From Nitrospirota bacterium (GTDB lineage: Bacteria > Nitrospirota > Thermodesulfovibrionia > UBA6902), in the NCBI GenBank assembly GCA_016215115.1, contig JACRLN010000031.1, positions 1,284 to 65,283 on the forward strand: a stretch of 64,000 nt of DNA, written 5' to 3'. Below, one piece after another: positions 37,511-46,897 of the stretch (the first letter of the stretch is position 1; every line of letters begins with the position of its first letter). A program made the translations under genes and the position numbers. The notes under the pieces were generated by a model. That model saw only the letters and a list, made by a program, of their open reading frames with translations. It did no database searches and had not been told where the DNA came from.

Positions 37511-39196
37511 ATGGCACAAAAAAGGGAAGATAATTTAGAAAAAGAAAAACTCCTTGCCGAGATTGAGCGGTTAAAGAAGGAGTTGAAGAAAAGGAAGAAG
37601 TACGGCTTAGTATGGGAAGAAAAGCCGGAAGAAGTTGTTGAGATGTGCAAGGAGAAATTGCCCATCTTGAAAAAGGTAAAGAGCAAGGAGATAATGACTA
37701 ACCCCGACAAGCCTGTGAATTTGCTGATTGAAGGCGATAATTATCATGCCTTATCCGTTTTGAATTATACCCATGCTAAAAAAATTGATGTTATCTATAT
37801 TGATCCTCCATATAACACCGGTGCAAAGGATTGGAAATATAATAATGCCTATGTCGATGAAAATGATGCCTATAGACATAGCAAATGGCTGTCATTTATG
37901 GATAAGCGATTAAGGTTAGCAAAGAATTTACTCAAGCATAACGGTGTGCTAATTTGCACTATTGACGAGAATGAACATGCGAGTCTTGGCTTGTTATTAC
38001 AAAAAATATTTATCGATCGCGAGATTGTCTGCGTAACAATAATTCATAATCCTGGCGGTATTCAAGGCAACAATTTTTCTTATTGTCATGAGTATTCATA
38101 TTTTGTTTATCCTTCTGGTGGTAGATATATTAATTTACAGGAGCGCGATGAGAACCCGGATGTTAGGCCTCTTCGGAACGTTTCAAAAGGTGACCACTTG
38201 AGAGAAACCGCTGCAAATTGTTTTTATCCTATTTTTGTAAAAAATGAGAAAATTATCGGATTTGGTGATGTTTGTCCTGATTCTTACCATCCGAGATCTG
38301 CAAATATTTTAAGAAAAGACGGAACAATTGAAATATACCCAATTGATGTGCAGGGCAATGAGCGGAAATGGGTATTTGCTCGCCAAAGTGTCGAATCAAT
38401 CATTGGAGAGTTGAGCGTAGAATATAATAAAAAAAGGGGGATATGGGACATTATCAGAAAGAAGACTAAATTTCCTTATAAAACGGTTTGGACAGATCCA
38501 AAATATAATGCAAATCTTTTTGGCACACAGTTGCTAAGCAAAATCATACCTACCAAATTTCCATTTCCAAAATCATTGTATGCAGTTGAAGATTGTATAC
38601 AAGCAGTAATTCACGATAAAGATAATGCGGTAATTCTTGACTTTTTTGCTGGCTCGGGCACAACCGGGCATGCAATTCTAGAGCTTAACAAGCGAGATGA
38701 TGGTAATCGTCAATTCATATTATGTACAAACAATGAAAACAACATTTGTACTGAAGTTTGTTATCCGAGAATTGAAAAAGTAATAAAAGGCTACAAAAAC
38801 ACAAAAGACGAAAAAGTTGAAGGTCTTGGAGGCAATCTGAAATATTTTAAAACAGATTTCGTTGCTGCCGAACCAACAGACAAGAATAAAAAGAAACTCA
38901 CTGAACAGGCGACGGAGATGCTTTGCATCAGGGAGGGGACTTTTGAGTTATTTTTAGAGCAAAAGAGATTTAACATTTTTAAAAGCAATAGCCATTACAC
39001 AGGCATTGTTTTCGACCAGTTAGCAATTCCAGATTTCAAGAAGGCGATCAAGGATATTAAAGGCAAATTCAGCGTATATGTTTTTTCTCTGGGTGATGAT
39101 ACTTTTGATGAAGAATTTGAGGATCTTAAACAGAAGGTAAAACTCTCCCCTATTCCAGAGGCGATTTTAAGGGTGTACAGAAGGATATTTAAATAG
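37511..39196 (+). CDS. mod: Type III restriction-modification N6-adenine DNA methyltransferase (Mod)
   Basis: Motif IV IYIDPPYNTG precedes motif I ILDFFAGSGTTGHA (beta-class order). Size and layout are typical of Mod. Confidence 0.85.
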   Translation: MAQKREDNLEKEKLLAEIERLKKELKKRKKYGLVWEEKPEEVVEMCKEKLPILKKVKSKEIMTNPDKPVNLLIEGDNYHALSVLNYTHAKKIDVIYIDPPYNTGAKDWKYNNAYVDENDAYRHSKWLSFMDKRLRLAKNLLKHNGVLICTIDENEHASLGLLLQKIFIDREIVCVTIIHNPGGIQGNNFSYCHEYSYFVYPSGGRYINLQERDENPDVRPLRNVSKGDHLRETAANCFYPIFVKNEKIIGFGDVCPDSYHPRSANILRKDGTIEIYPIDVQGNERKWVFARQSVESIIGELSVEYNKKRGIWDIIRKKTKFPYKTVWTDPKYNANLFGTQLLSKIIPTKFPFPKSLYAVEDCIQAVIHDKDNAVILDFFAGSGTTGHAILELNKRDDGNRQFILCTNNENNICTEVCYPRIEKVIKGYKNTKDEKVEGLGGNLKYFKTDFVAAEPTDKNKKKLTEQATEMLCIREGTFELFLEQKRFNIFKSNSHYTGIVFDQLAIPDFKKAIKDIKGKFSVYVFSLGDDTFDEEFEDLKQKVKLSPIPEAILRVYRRIFK

Positions 39197-39201
39197 ATAC
39201 T

Positions 39202-39840
39202 GTGGCATATATATTTTTAGACGAATCAGGGGATTTGGGATTTAACTTTAGAAAGAAGAAGACTTCAAAAACTTTTGTTATTACTTGTATATTTGTTGAA
39301 AATAAAGGACTGCTGGAAAAGATAGTTAAAAAAACTCATTCAGAGTTGCAGAAAAAGCATAAAAGGAGAATTGGGGTTCTCCATTGCGTAAAAGAAAAGC
39401 CTGTTACCAGACAAAGACTGTTAAGGCGAATCAATGAGAAGGAATGTTTTGCGATGACGATTTATCTTAACAAGAAGAGAGTTTATACAAAACTGCAAAA
39501 TGAAAAACAGGTTCTCTATAATTATGTTGCCAACATTCTGTTAGACAGAGTCTATTCAAAAAAGATTATTCCTGTCGGAAGCGCTGTCAAACTTATTGCT
39601 TCGAGACGAGAGACAAATAAATTTTTAAATGAAAATTTTAAGGATTATCTTAATAGTCAAGTAGAAAAGAGACATAAAATAAAGATGGAAATTTTGATAA
39701 AAAGCCCTCATGAAGAAAAGTCATTGCAGGCAGTGGATTTTATGAGTTGGGCTATCTTTAGAAAATATGAATATGGTGATGATAGTTATTACAATGCAAT
39801 TAAAAATAGAATAGTGGAAGAAAACCCGCTATTCCCTTAA
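39202..39840 (+). CDS. DUF3800 domain protein embedded between mod and res
   Basis: N-terminal YIFLDESGDLG is the DUF3800 hallmark. It starts 6 nt after the mod stop. Confidence 0.7.
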   Translation: MAYIFLDESGDLGFNFRKKKTSKTFVITCIFVENKGLLEKIVKKTHSELQKKHKRRIGVLHCVKEKPVTRQRLLRRINEKECFAMTIYLNKKRVYTKLQNEKQVLYNYVANILLDRVYSKKIIPVGSAVKLIASRRETNKFLNENFKDYLNSQVEKRHKIKMEILIKSPHEEKSLQAVDFMSWAIFRKYEYGDDSYYNAIKNRIVEENPLFP

Positions 39841-39961
39841 AATGCAAAACCTCGTATGCTATTTACGAGCAACCATCCGGAAGCCCACACACGAGGATTT
39901 ACTTGCTGATTAAATGATATCATGAGACAAAATTAGCTGTCAAGCATATTGGTGGATAATT

Positions 39962-42187
39962 ATGCAACTGAAAACTTATCAGGAAAATACCGTTGACGAG
40001 TTATTGGGAAAAGCCAAGAAGCTTTTGAAATACTCTGGCGAGAAGAAGCTTGTCTTTAAATCCCCTACAGGTTCAGGAAAGACAATCATGATGGCAGAGT
40101 TTTTGAAGCGACTGGCTGATGACAGAGATGTTAGAGAATCGCTGTCCTTTATCTGGACTGCACCCAGACAGTTGCATATCCAGAGCAGTAACAAATTAGA
40201 GCGATATTTTGAAGATAGCAGGGCGTTAAGATGTTCTTTTTTTGAGGATTTGGATGATAGACGAATTGGCGAAAATGAGGTCCTGTTCTTCAATTGGGAA
40301 AGTATTAACAAAAAAGACAATGTGTATATTCGGGACAATGAACAGGATTTTAATCTGACATCAGTCATAGAACGGACAAAAGAAGAAGGCAGAGAGATAA
40401 TTCTAATAATTGACGAAGCCCACCATCATGCCACAAGTGATATTTCTCAGAGATTAATAAAAGACATTGGGCCAAATCTGACAATTGAAGTATCGGCAAC
40501 GCCTGTAATCCAGAATCCGGATGAAATTATTACGGTTCATTTGGAGGATGTAAAAGTCGAAGGGATGATTAAGAAGGCAGTTATATTGAATGATCAGTTT
40601 GAGAATTTATTGAAAGAAGGAAAAATCAAATCTCAATTAAGCGGAAGCAGCGAGGAATTGGTCATTGATGCTGCATTAAAAAAGAGAGACAAAATATTGA
40701 AAGCATACAAGAAAGAAAAAACAGATATAAACCCTCTAATTCTTATTCAGTTGCCGGACAGGATAGGAAGTTTAGAGGACAGAATGAAAGAAAAAGTTAT
40801 AAGCATTTTAAAGGACAAATATAACATCTCGACCGAAAAAGGGAATAATAAGTTAGCTATCTGGCTTTCAGGCGAACATATCAACAAAGAAGATGTGGAA
40901 AGAAGCGACAGTGATGTTGAGGTTCTAATCTTTAAGCAGGCCATTGCTCTCGGCTGGGATTGTCCGAGGGCACAGATTTTGGTTTTGTTCAGACAATGGC
41001 ACAGCCCGATTTTCTCTATTCAGACCGTTGGCAGAATCATGAGAATGCCTGAACCGGATAATGGGCACTACTCAACGGAGATCCTGAATTATGGCTATGT
41101 TTATACAAATATAGACGATATTGAAATTAAAGAGGATATAGCAAGGAATTACATTACGACGTTTACGAGCAAAAGAAAAACCGATTATACACCTGTTGAT
41201 TTGCCGTCCTGTTACTCAAAGAGGCATCGGGGAAAAACGCGACTGACACCTTTATTTATTGAGCTATTTTTAATGGAAACAGGGAAGTATAAATTGAAGA
41301 AGAGCATTGACTTGAAGTCAAAAAAACTGGATCTCAAGATTATTTCTGACTGGAAGGCTGAGAATATAGATGTGTTGATTGGCAAGCATGTTATTGGAGA
41401 TAAAGCAATCACAGCAAGCTCAGAGGATTTACAAAAATTATTCGATTATTTTGTGAGGCGGTATTTATCGCCATTTTATCCAGAGGACAGGTCTGTTGGC
41501 AGGGTTAAGGAATCTATTTATGGATTTTTTGAGCAGGAATTAAATATGGATTATGGAGATCGAGGCGATGAAATTATACAAATTGCCTTAAGTGACAAAA
41601 ATATTCAGCATTTTATAAATGTAATAGACATAACAAAGCAAATATATCAAAAAGAAACTGTAAAAAAAGAGGCTGAGCTTAGCGTTATTGAAAATTGGAA
41701 TGTGCCGGAGTCAATGCTCTTCGGAAGTGATGACCTACAGGAAGACAGAAAAAAATCTATTATGGTTCCTTTTTATATCAAAGGCAGATGGAGGACTGAA
41801 AAGGCCTTTGTAGAACTTTTAGAGAATCCTTCCAATTCTGTCAAATGGTGGTTTAAGAATGGAGACAGAGACGCAACATTCTTTGCTGTGCCATATGGGA
41901 ATGGTGAGCAAAAGCCTTTTTATGTTGATTTTATAATTAAGCTAAAAGATGGCAGGATCGGGCTGTTTGATTCTAAGGCTGGATTTACACAGAAACTTGC
42001 AGGGGCAAAGATTGATGGTTTGTTTAATTACATCCGGAGTGAAAACAAGAGAGGCAAAAACCTTTTTGGCGGGATTGTAACAAATACAGACCAGAGAAAT
42101 TATAAAGGAAGATGGGTTTATTTTAACAAGACAAGCAAGGAATTAAAGGATAATGATTTTAGCAACTGGAAAAGTTTGGAGGTTTAA
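39962..42187 (+). CDS. res: Type III restriction enzyme Res subunit (SF2 helicase-like + endonuclease)
   Basis: Walker A FKSPTGSGKT and DEAH box ILIIDEAHH, with helicase motifs and a C-terminal nuclease region. Confidence 0.85.
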   Translation: MQLKTYQENTVDELLGKAKKLLKYSGEKKLVFKSPTGSGKTIMMAEFLKRLADDRDVRESLSFIWTAPRQLHIQSSNKLERYFEDSRALRCSFFEDLDDRRIGENEVLFFNWESINKKDNVYIRDNEQDFNLTSVIERTKEEGREIILIIDEAHHHATSDISQRLIKDIGPNLTIEVSATPVIQNPDEIITVHLEDVKVEGMIKKAVILNDQFENLLKEGKIKSQLSGSSEELVIDAALKKRDKILKAYKKEKTDINPLILIQLPDRIGSLEDRMKEKVISILKDKYNISTEKGNNKLAIWLSGEHINKEDVERSDSDVEVLIFKQAIALGWDCPRAQILVLFRQWHSPIFSIQTVGRIMRMPEPDNGHYSTEILNYGYVYTNIDDIEIKEDIARNYITTFTSKRKTDYTPVDLPSCYSKRHRGKTRLTPLFIELFLMETGKYKLKKSIDLKSKKLDLKIISDWKAENIDVLIGKHVIGDKAITASSEDLQKLFDYFVRRYLSPFYPEDRSVGRVKESIYGFFEQELNMDYGDRGDEIIQIALSDKNIQHFINVIDITKQIYQKETVKKEAELSVIENWNVPESMLFGSDDLQEDRKKSIMVPFYIKGRWRTEKAFVELLENPSNSVKWWFKNGDRDATFFAVPYGNGEQKPFYVDFIIKLKDGRIGLFDSKAGFTQKLAGAKIDGLFNYIRSENKRGKNLFGGIVTNTDQRNYKGRWVYFNKTSKELKDNDFSNWKSLEV

Positions 42188-42288
42188 TTCAGTCACGAGT
42201 CTGAAATAATTTCTTTTATATTTATCTGCTGGCATGCAGGTTGGTAAGAAGGAAAATTTGACATGCAAAAGATGAAGTAAAGAAGCTT

Positions 42289-42480
42289 TTGAGAAAAGAG
42301 AAAGAAAATATGGCTTTAAAATCAGTTGAATCGCAAAACATGGAATTCAAATCCAACTGGCGGGATGAATACCTTAAAGTAATCTACGCCTTTGCAAATG
42401 CCGATGGCGGGAGATTGGTAATCGGCATTGATGATAAAGACGATTTCAAATTCAATATTAATAATTTTGAAGGAGGTTAA
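42289..42480 (+). pseudogene. Truncated AlbA_2-type putative DNA-binding domain fragment (63 aa)
   Basis: ESQNMEFKSNWRDEYLKVIYAFANADGGRLVIGIDD matches the N-terminus of AlbA_2/Schlafen-like domain proteins, which are normally over 350 aa. Confidence 0.4.
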
Positions 42481-42482
42481 CC

Positions 42483-42686
42483 ATGAAAGCCTATGAATAT
42501 TTAGCAGAGATATTGCCGGATGGGCATCTGTCTATTCCAGAGGATTTAAAGAGCAAACTATCAGGAGAATCAAAAATACGGGTTATGCTGCTTTTGGAAG
42601 ATGAGGAGACTGCATGGCGTAATTTTGCGGTGTCTGAATTCATGAGCGGCTATGACGCAAAGGATGCCATTTATGACAAGCTATAA
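42483..42686 (+). CDS. Putative type II antitoxin (MazE/AbrB-like small protein)
   Basis: 67 aa with a strong ribosome-binding site AGGAGG. Its 3' end overlaps the MazF-like toxin reading frame. Confidence 0.5.
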   Translation: MKAYEYLAEILPDGHLSIPEDLKSKLSGESKIRVMLLLEDEETAWRNFAVSEFMSGYDAKDAIYDKL

Positions 42687-43001
42687 CTTTGGAGACATCG
42701 TTCTTGTAGGCTTCCCGCATACCGATTTGCAGGGCGTTTCCAAAAGGCCCCTGCTCTTGTTTTATATAATTCAGGAGATCAGGATGTCCTTGTAGTACGG
42801 ATAACAACGCAGGAATATACCACGGAGGCAGATTATAAAATCATTGACTGGAGAAAAAGCGGTCTTCTTGCAGAATCATTTATAAGGCTCGGCAAACAGG
42901 CAACAATTGAAAAGAAATATGTCATCAAGAAATTGGGCGTATTGGCAGAACCGGAATATGATACGGTTAAATCCATTTTAAGAAGAATATTCAAATTATA
43001 G
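42673..43001 (+). pseudogene. MazF/PemK-like toxin gene disrupted by a 1-nt frameshift near 42745-42760
   Basis: Frame A reads MTSYNFGDIVLVGFPHTDLQGVSKRPLLL. Frame B continues LVLYNSGDQDVLVVRITTQEYTEADYKIIDWRKSGLLAESFIRLGKQATIEK... to stop 43001. Together these match the PemK fold consensus. Confidence 0.6.
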
Positions 43002-43027
43002 GTAGAAAATAAAGGAGACGGGCTTGA

Positions 43028-44098
43028 ATGAGAGGCAAATTAGCTGGCAGGGTGATGCGGCTGATGTTTAAACCGAAATTTCGATATACCAATAAAATAG
43101 TCAGCGATCTTACTCAAATAGCTGCCGCAAGGGAACTCGTGCTGAACTCTCCTTTTATTCCCAAATGGGAGATTTCTCTTCGCCGGGAAGCGATCATCAG
43201 GTCTGCCCATTCATCGACAGCAATCGAGGGAAACAGACTGTCCCTCGAACAGGTCAGTGATCTTGCACAAGGCCGTGAAATCATGGCAACGCGAAAGGAC
43301 AAACAGGAAGTCCTTAATTATATAAAAGTTCTTGAAACCATTGGCAAACTCACAGATGGCAAGACTCACGAAAGCAATCTTTTGCGTATTCATAAGCTAT
43401 TAACACAGGGCACTCTTGAAAATTCATCTGATTGTGGTGTTTATCGTAGCCGCTATGTTGTAGTCGGGAACAGACTTACCGGAAAAATAATTTTCAGGCC
43501 GCCCTCAAATGAAGATGTTCCAGGATTAATGAAAGCATTGATAGCATGGGTAAACTCTCCTGAAGCACAGAGCCTTGATCCGGTTATAGAGGCAGGCATT
43601 GCTCATTATGAATTTGTGAGAATCCATCCCTTTGTGGACGGCAATGGAAGAACGGCCCGTGTCCTTGCAACCCTGATACTCTATCATAGAGGTTTTGACG
43701 CGAAGCAGTTCTTCTGTCTGGATGACTACTATGACTCTGATAGACCGGCATATTACAGGGTTCTTCAGAGCGTAGATCAAAATACCCTCGATTTAACCAA
43801 ATGGCTTGAATATTTTGTCGAAGGCGTCAAGGTAAGTATCGCGACTGTCAAGGAAAGAGTCATACGCCTCAGCAGTGAAAGGCTGCGAAAGGCTAAGAAA
43901 GGACAGATTGCTTTGACTGAAAGACAGATGAAGATTGTGGAAAGAATAATTCGGGATAATAAAATTGCAATTGGTGACGTTGCGAGAGAATTTGAGATTT
44001 CAAGGCAGGCTGCTTTAAAGGAGATGAACAAACTTGTCGGACTGAAGGTTGTTAGACTCAAAGGAACAGGCAGAGGGGCGCATTATGAGCTTATCTAA
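43028..44098 (+). CDS. Fic-family protein (AMPylation/phosphocholination domain) with C-terminal winged helix
   Basis: Canonical HPFVDGNGRTAR Fic motif. Confidence 0.9.
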   Translation: MRGKLAGRVMRLMFKPKFRYTNKIVSDLTQIAAARELVLNSPFIPKWEISLRREAIIRSAHSSTAIEGNRLSLEQVSDLAQGREIMATRKDKQEVLNYIKVLETIGKLTDGKTHESNLLRIHKLLTQGTLENSSDCGVYRSRYVVVGNRLTGKIIFRPPSNEDVPGLMKALIAWVNSPEAQSLDPVIEAGIAHYEFVRIHPFVDGNGRTARVLATLILYHRGFDAKQFFCLDDYYDSDRPAYYRVLQSVDQNTLDLTKWLEYFVEGVKVSIATVKERVIRLSSERLRKAKKGQIALTERQMKIVERIIRDNKIAIGDVAREFEISRQAALKEMNKLVGLKVVRLKGTGRGAHYELI

Positions 44099-44213
44099 GC
44101 AGTTGGCGATTAGGTTGTCAATTAGGTTGTCATTTGTAAGGATGGGCAGTCATTATGTAGGAATAAACTTTTGTGCTGTTATGAACGGATTGTTTAAATA
44201 GTTAATAATAAAA

Positions 44214-45026
44214 TCACTTATCTATAATTCCTGCAAATACACCTTTTACTTCTTTCAGCATCTCTCCGTGAATTGCAGGGATGGCGGCAATGATGTTGCC
44301 GGTTGAGAGATAATCGCTTCCTCCACCAAAATCAGTTGCTATGCCGCCAGCCTCTTTTATAATAAGGCTTCCTGCGGCGATATCCCATGGGCTGAGGGCG
44401 ATCTCAAAAAATCCTTCGCATCTTCCGCTTGCAATGTAGGCAAGATCGAGCGCTGCAGAGCCGGCGCGTCTTATATCACTTACCCTGCAAAAAATATTCT
44501 TGAAAAGCTTAAGGTATTCGTCAATTAAATTTCTTTTACGAAATGGGAACCCTGTTGAAATAAGGCTGTTAGCCATGTCAGTTCTATTAGAGACCCTTAC
44601 AGGCTTTCCATTTAAGAAGGCCCCGCCGCCTTTTTCCGCTGTAAAGATATCTCCCCTTAATGGATCATAGATCAATCCCAATATTATATCTCTATTGAGC
44701 TCAAGCGCTATGGAGACAGAAAAGACGGGATAACCGTGAATATAATTTGTTGTGCCGTCAAGAGGGTCTATTATCCAGCGGTACTCTCCTGCACCTTCTT
44801 GTTTTAATGATTCTTCTGTAAGGAAATGATGTCCCGGAAATTGTGCCCTGATCGTATTTATAATAATCTGCTCTGATCCCCTGTCAATATGTGTTACGAA
44901 ATCAGACGCCTGCTTGACATCAATATCATTTTCAGAAATTCTGCCGATATTGTTCTGGATCAGTTCTCCAGCGAGTATTGCAGCCCTGAAAGCCGTGCCC
45001 AAAAAGTCGTGCTTGTTATTATTCAT
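44214..45026 (-). CDS. Inositol monophosphatase family protein (SuhB/CysQ-like)
   Basis: WIIDPLDGTTNY and the LSPWDIAAG motifs. Confidence 0.85.
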   Translation of the reverse strand: MNNNKHDFLGTAFRAAILAGELIQNNIGRISENDIDVKQASDFVTHIDRGSEQIIINTIRAQFPGHHFLTEESLKQEGAGEYRWIIDPLDGTTNYIHGYPVFSVSIALELNRDIILGLIYDPLRGDIFTAEKGGGAFLNGKPVRVSNRTDMANSLISTGFPFRKRNLIDEYLKLFKNIFCRVSDIRRAGSAALDLAYIASGRCEGFFEIALSPWDIAAGSLIIKEAGGIATDFGGGSDYLSTGNIIAAIPAIHGEMLKEVKGVFAGIIDK

Positions 45027-45684
45027 GGTTCCCCCCCCATATTAATACATGACGATCACTTACAACATCGATATAAAGATGATCAAGGTTTACTGACTTA
45101 ATCTGCTTTCTAATTTCCTCTACGCTATATGCTGCCAGTAGTGAATTAAAGAAATCTTTCTGCAATAACGGAGAAGCATCAGCAGCATAACGCTGTATTA
45201 AGCCCTTTGCTAATTCTACATTATGAGGACGCAATAAATCCATAATAAAAATTGGGGCTCCGGGTTTTGTGCACAGTTTAACGGTTTGCCACAGGATTAA
45301 CGGGTCGGAAAGGTGATGCAAAAGACTATTGGAAATAACCGCATCAAATTTTTTCTTTGACAAATCGATATCAGGAATCTTGCACTTATACAGCTTGACC
45401 CGGCGTTCAAAACCTTCCTTGTTCACATCGTTAATACCGATCTCAAGCATTGCCTGAGCGCCGTCTATGCCTGTTATATTCGCTTCCGGAAATACACGGG
45501 CCAATCTGATAATAACATCTGCCGTACCGCATCCCAAATCCAGCAGATCACCTGATAAAAAATCAGGGAAGCATGTTTTGAAATGACGCACAAACGCCTC
45601 GTGCGGTTCGGAAAAATCAGCCGCGGCATAGGCCTCTGCCTGTTCAGCATCATCCATTAAATCGAGTTCTGGAATACGTTCCAT
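45019..45684 (-). CDS. Class I SAM-dependent methyltransferase
   Basis: LLDLGCGTAD motif I. It overlaps the IMPase gene by 8 nt. Confidence 0.8.
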   Translation of the reverse strand: MERIPELDLMDDAEQAEAYAAADFSEPHEAFVRHFKTCFPDFLSGDLLDLGCGTADVIIRLARVFPEANITGIDGAQAMLEIGINDVNKEGFERRVKLYKCKIPDIDLSKKKFDAVISNSLLHHLSDPLILWQTVKLCTKPGAPIFIMDLLRPHNVELAKGLIQRYAADASPLLQKDFFNSLLAAYSVEEIRKQIKSVNLDHLYIDVVSDRHVLIWGGNHE

Positions 45685-45693
45685 TGAGTATTA

Positions 45694-45775
45694 GCGCTGA
45701 AGTCTGGAAGCGGGGAAGCGGGGAAGTAAAAGCTTTAAGGCTTACGTACTTCCACGCTTGCGAACTTTTGCGCTA
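45694..45775. mobile_element. Family-C palindromic element (agcgctgaag...(ggaagcg)n...cttttgcgct), intergenic copy
   Basis: Same termini and internal layout as the queC intragenic copy. Confidence 0.7.
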
Positions 45776-46819
45776 TTCCTGCCACTGACACTGAATATCA
45801 TACGTCCCGTGGCGTTTGAATTTTCTCTTAATCTGATTTAAATCATCGCCGACAAGACCGTCGAGGGAATACTCTCCCATCTTTTCATCGTTCTGAAGAT
45901 AATACAGGTAACCGATCTCCTCAGGTTCAAATCCTATCGCACGCGCTGCAACCCCATCTGCCTTAACAGGATCGGCAGAGGCAATCGCTATTTTCATGTC
46001 AACGGGAGTACCATCCACCGGACCGTTATTTTCCATGCATATAAAACCGTCAAGGACCACTAAATCAGGCCACGTTCTTTTTGCTAATTCTACAATATTC
46101 CTGTGGATCATTTTCACACTTTTGCGGTAAGCCGGATACTGCCTGAATAAAAAGTTGATAAGCCATGGCGGCAGTTTTCTTCTTGCCTTTGATACCGTTC
46201 CGGGGGGCAGTCTGTCCAAAAGAGTCTTTGGCGCATCAACCTCAATTCCGCCTTTCATGCCATGGATCATCGCCATATCCTGTCTTAATACAAGACCGGC
46301 CATATTTTTAATGCCGAACGTTGCAATTGCGAAATTATGTGTCTTGGGTATTGAAAGGGATATTTTGTAATCAAATTCCTGAATACGTTTTGAAATTCTC
46401 AGGTGAGTATCACCGACTACAGAGTGAATAGGGCTGTTTATCACATCATTGTCTTTGTCAAAATCGGTCAATGACACATTGCTATACTTTTTTACGAGAC
46501 GGTAGTAATCATAATCTTTAAAAACCTTAGTAGTCGGAAGTCCTTTGTAAAAAGCAGAGGCAGAGCTTTCACCAACTGTAATAGGCGTATCTGGACTGAC
46601 AGCCCGAATAAATTCTATAACAGCCTCTATTGCTTCTACATTTGTATTTGCAAAATCTGGTTTCAATGCTACGAGATTCGGTTTGATCAATATATTCTTT
46701 GCCTTTTTTATCGGTTGAAGATCCTGCTGAATCAATGTTAAACACTTTTTAATATTATCTTTTCTGTTGTCACCGTGTATCAGGGAAACTTTCTTCTTAT
46801 CAGTCATGGTTTCCTCCAT
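45773..46819 (-). CDS. DUF362 domain protein
   Basis: NILIKPNLVALKPDFANTNVEAIEAVIEFI is the DUF362 core. Confidence 0.7.
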   Translation of the reverse strand: MEETMTDKKKVSLIHGDNRKDNIKKCLTLIQQDLQPIKKAKNILIKPNLVALKPDFANTNVEAIEAVIEFIRAVSPDTPITVGESSASAFYKGLPTTKVFKDYDYYRLVKKYSNVSLTDFDKDNDVINSPIHSVVGDTHLRISKRIQEFDYKISLSIPKTHNFAIATFGIKNMAGLVLRQDMAMIHGMKGGIEVDAPKTLLDRLPPGTVSKARRKLPPWLINFLFRQYPAYRKSVKMIHRNIVELAKRTWPDLVVLDGFICMENNGPVDGTPVDMKIAIASADPVKADGVAARAIGFEPEEIGYLYYLQNDEKMGEYSLDGLVGDDLNQIKRKFKRHGTYDIQCQWQE

Positions 46820-46834
46820 GTGTAATGTCCTTAT

Positions 46835-46862
46835 GTAGGGGCGAACGACCGTTCGCCCCTAC
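46835..46862. repeat. GTAGGGGC-type REP-like palindrome (gtaggggcgaacgaccgttcgcccctac)
   Basis: Perfect 13-bp arms, intergenic between the DUF362 gene and the large fusion gene. Confidence 0.7.
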
Positions 46863-46897
46863 GATTTCATATCTGTGTTAATCTGTGTAATCTGTGG

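Noticed and set aside
42289-42480. Treating the 63-aa AlbA_2-like ORF as an intact regulator
   Set aside because: The similarity covers only the first ~45 residues of a domain that is normally part of proteins over 350 aa. It is reported as a probable fragment, not a functional gene.
44099-44213. Direct 12-mer repeat attaggttgtcaattaggttgtca
   Set aside because: Only two copies in a short intergenic region with no accompanying structure. It was not pursued as a binding-site array.
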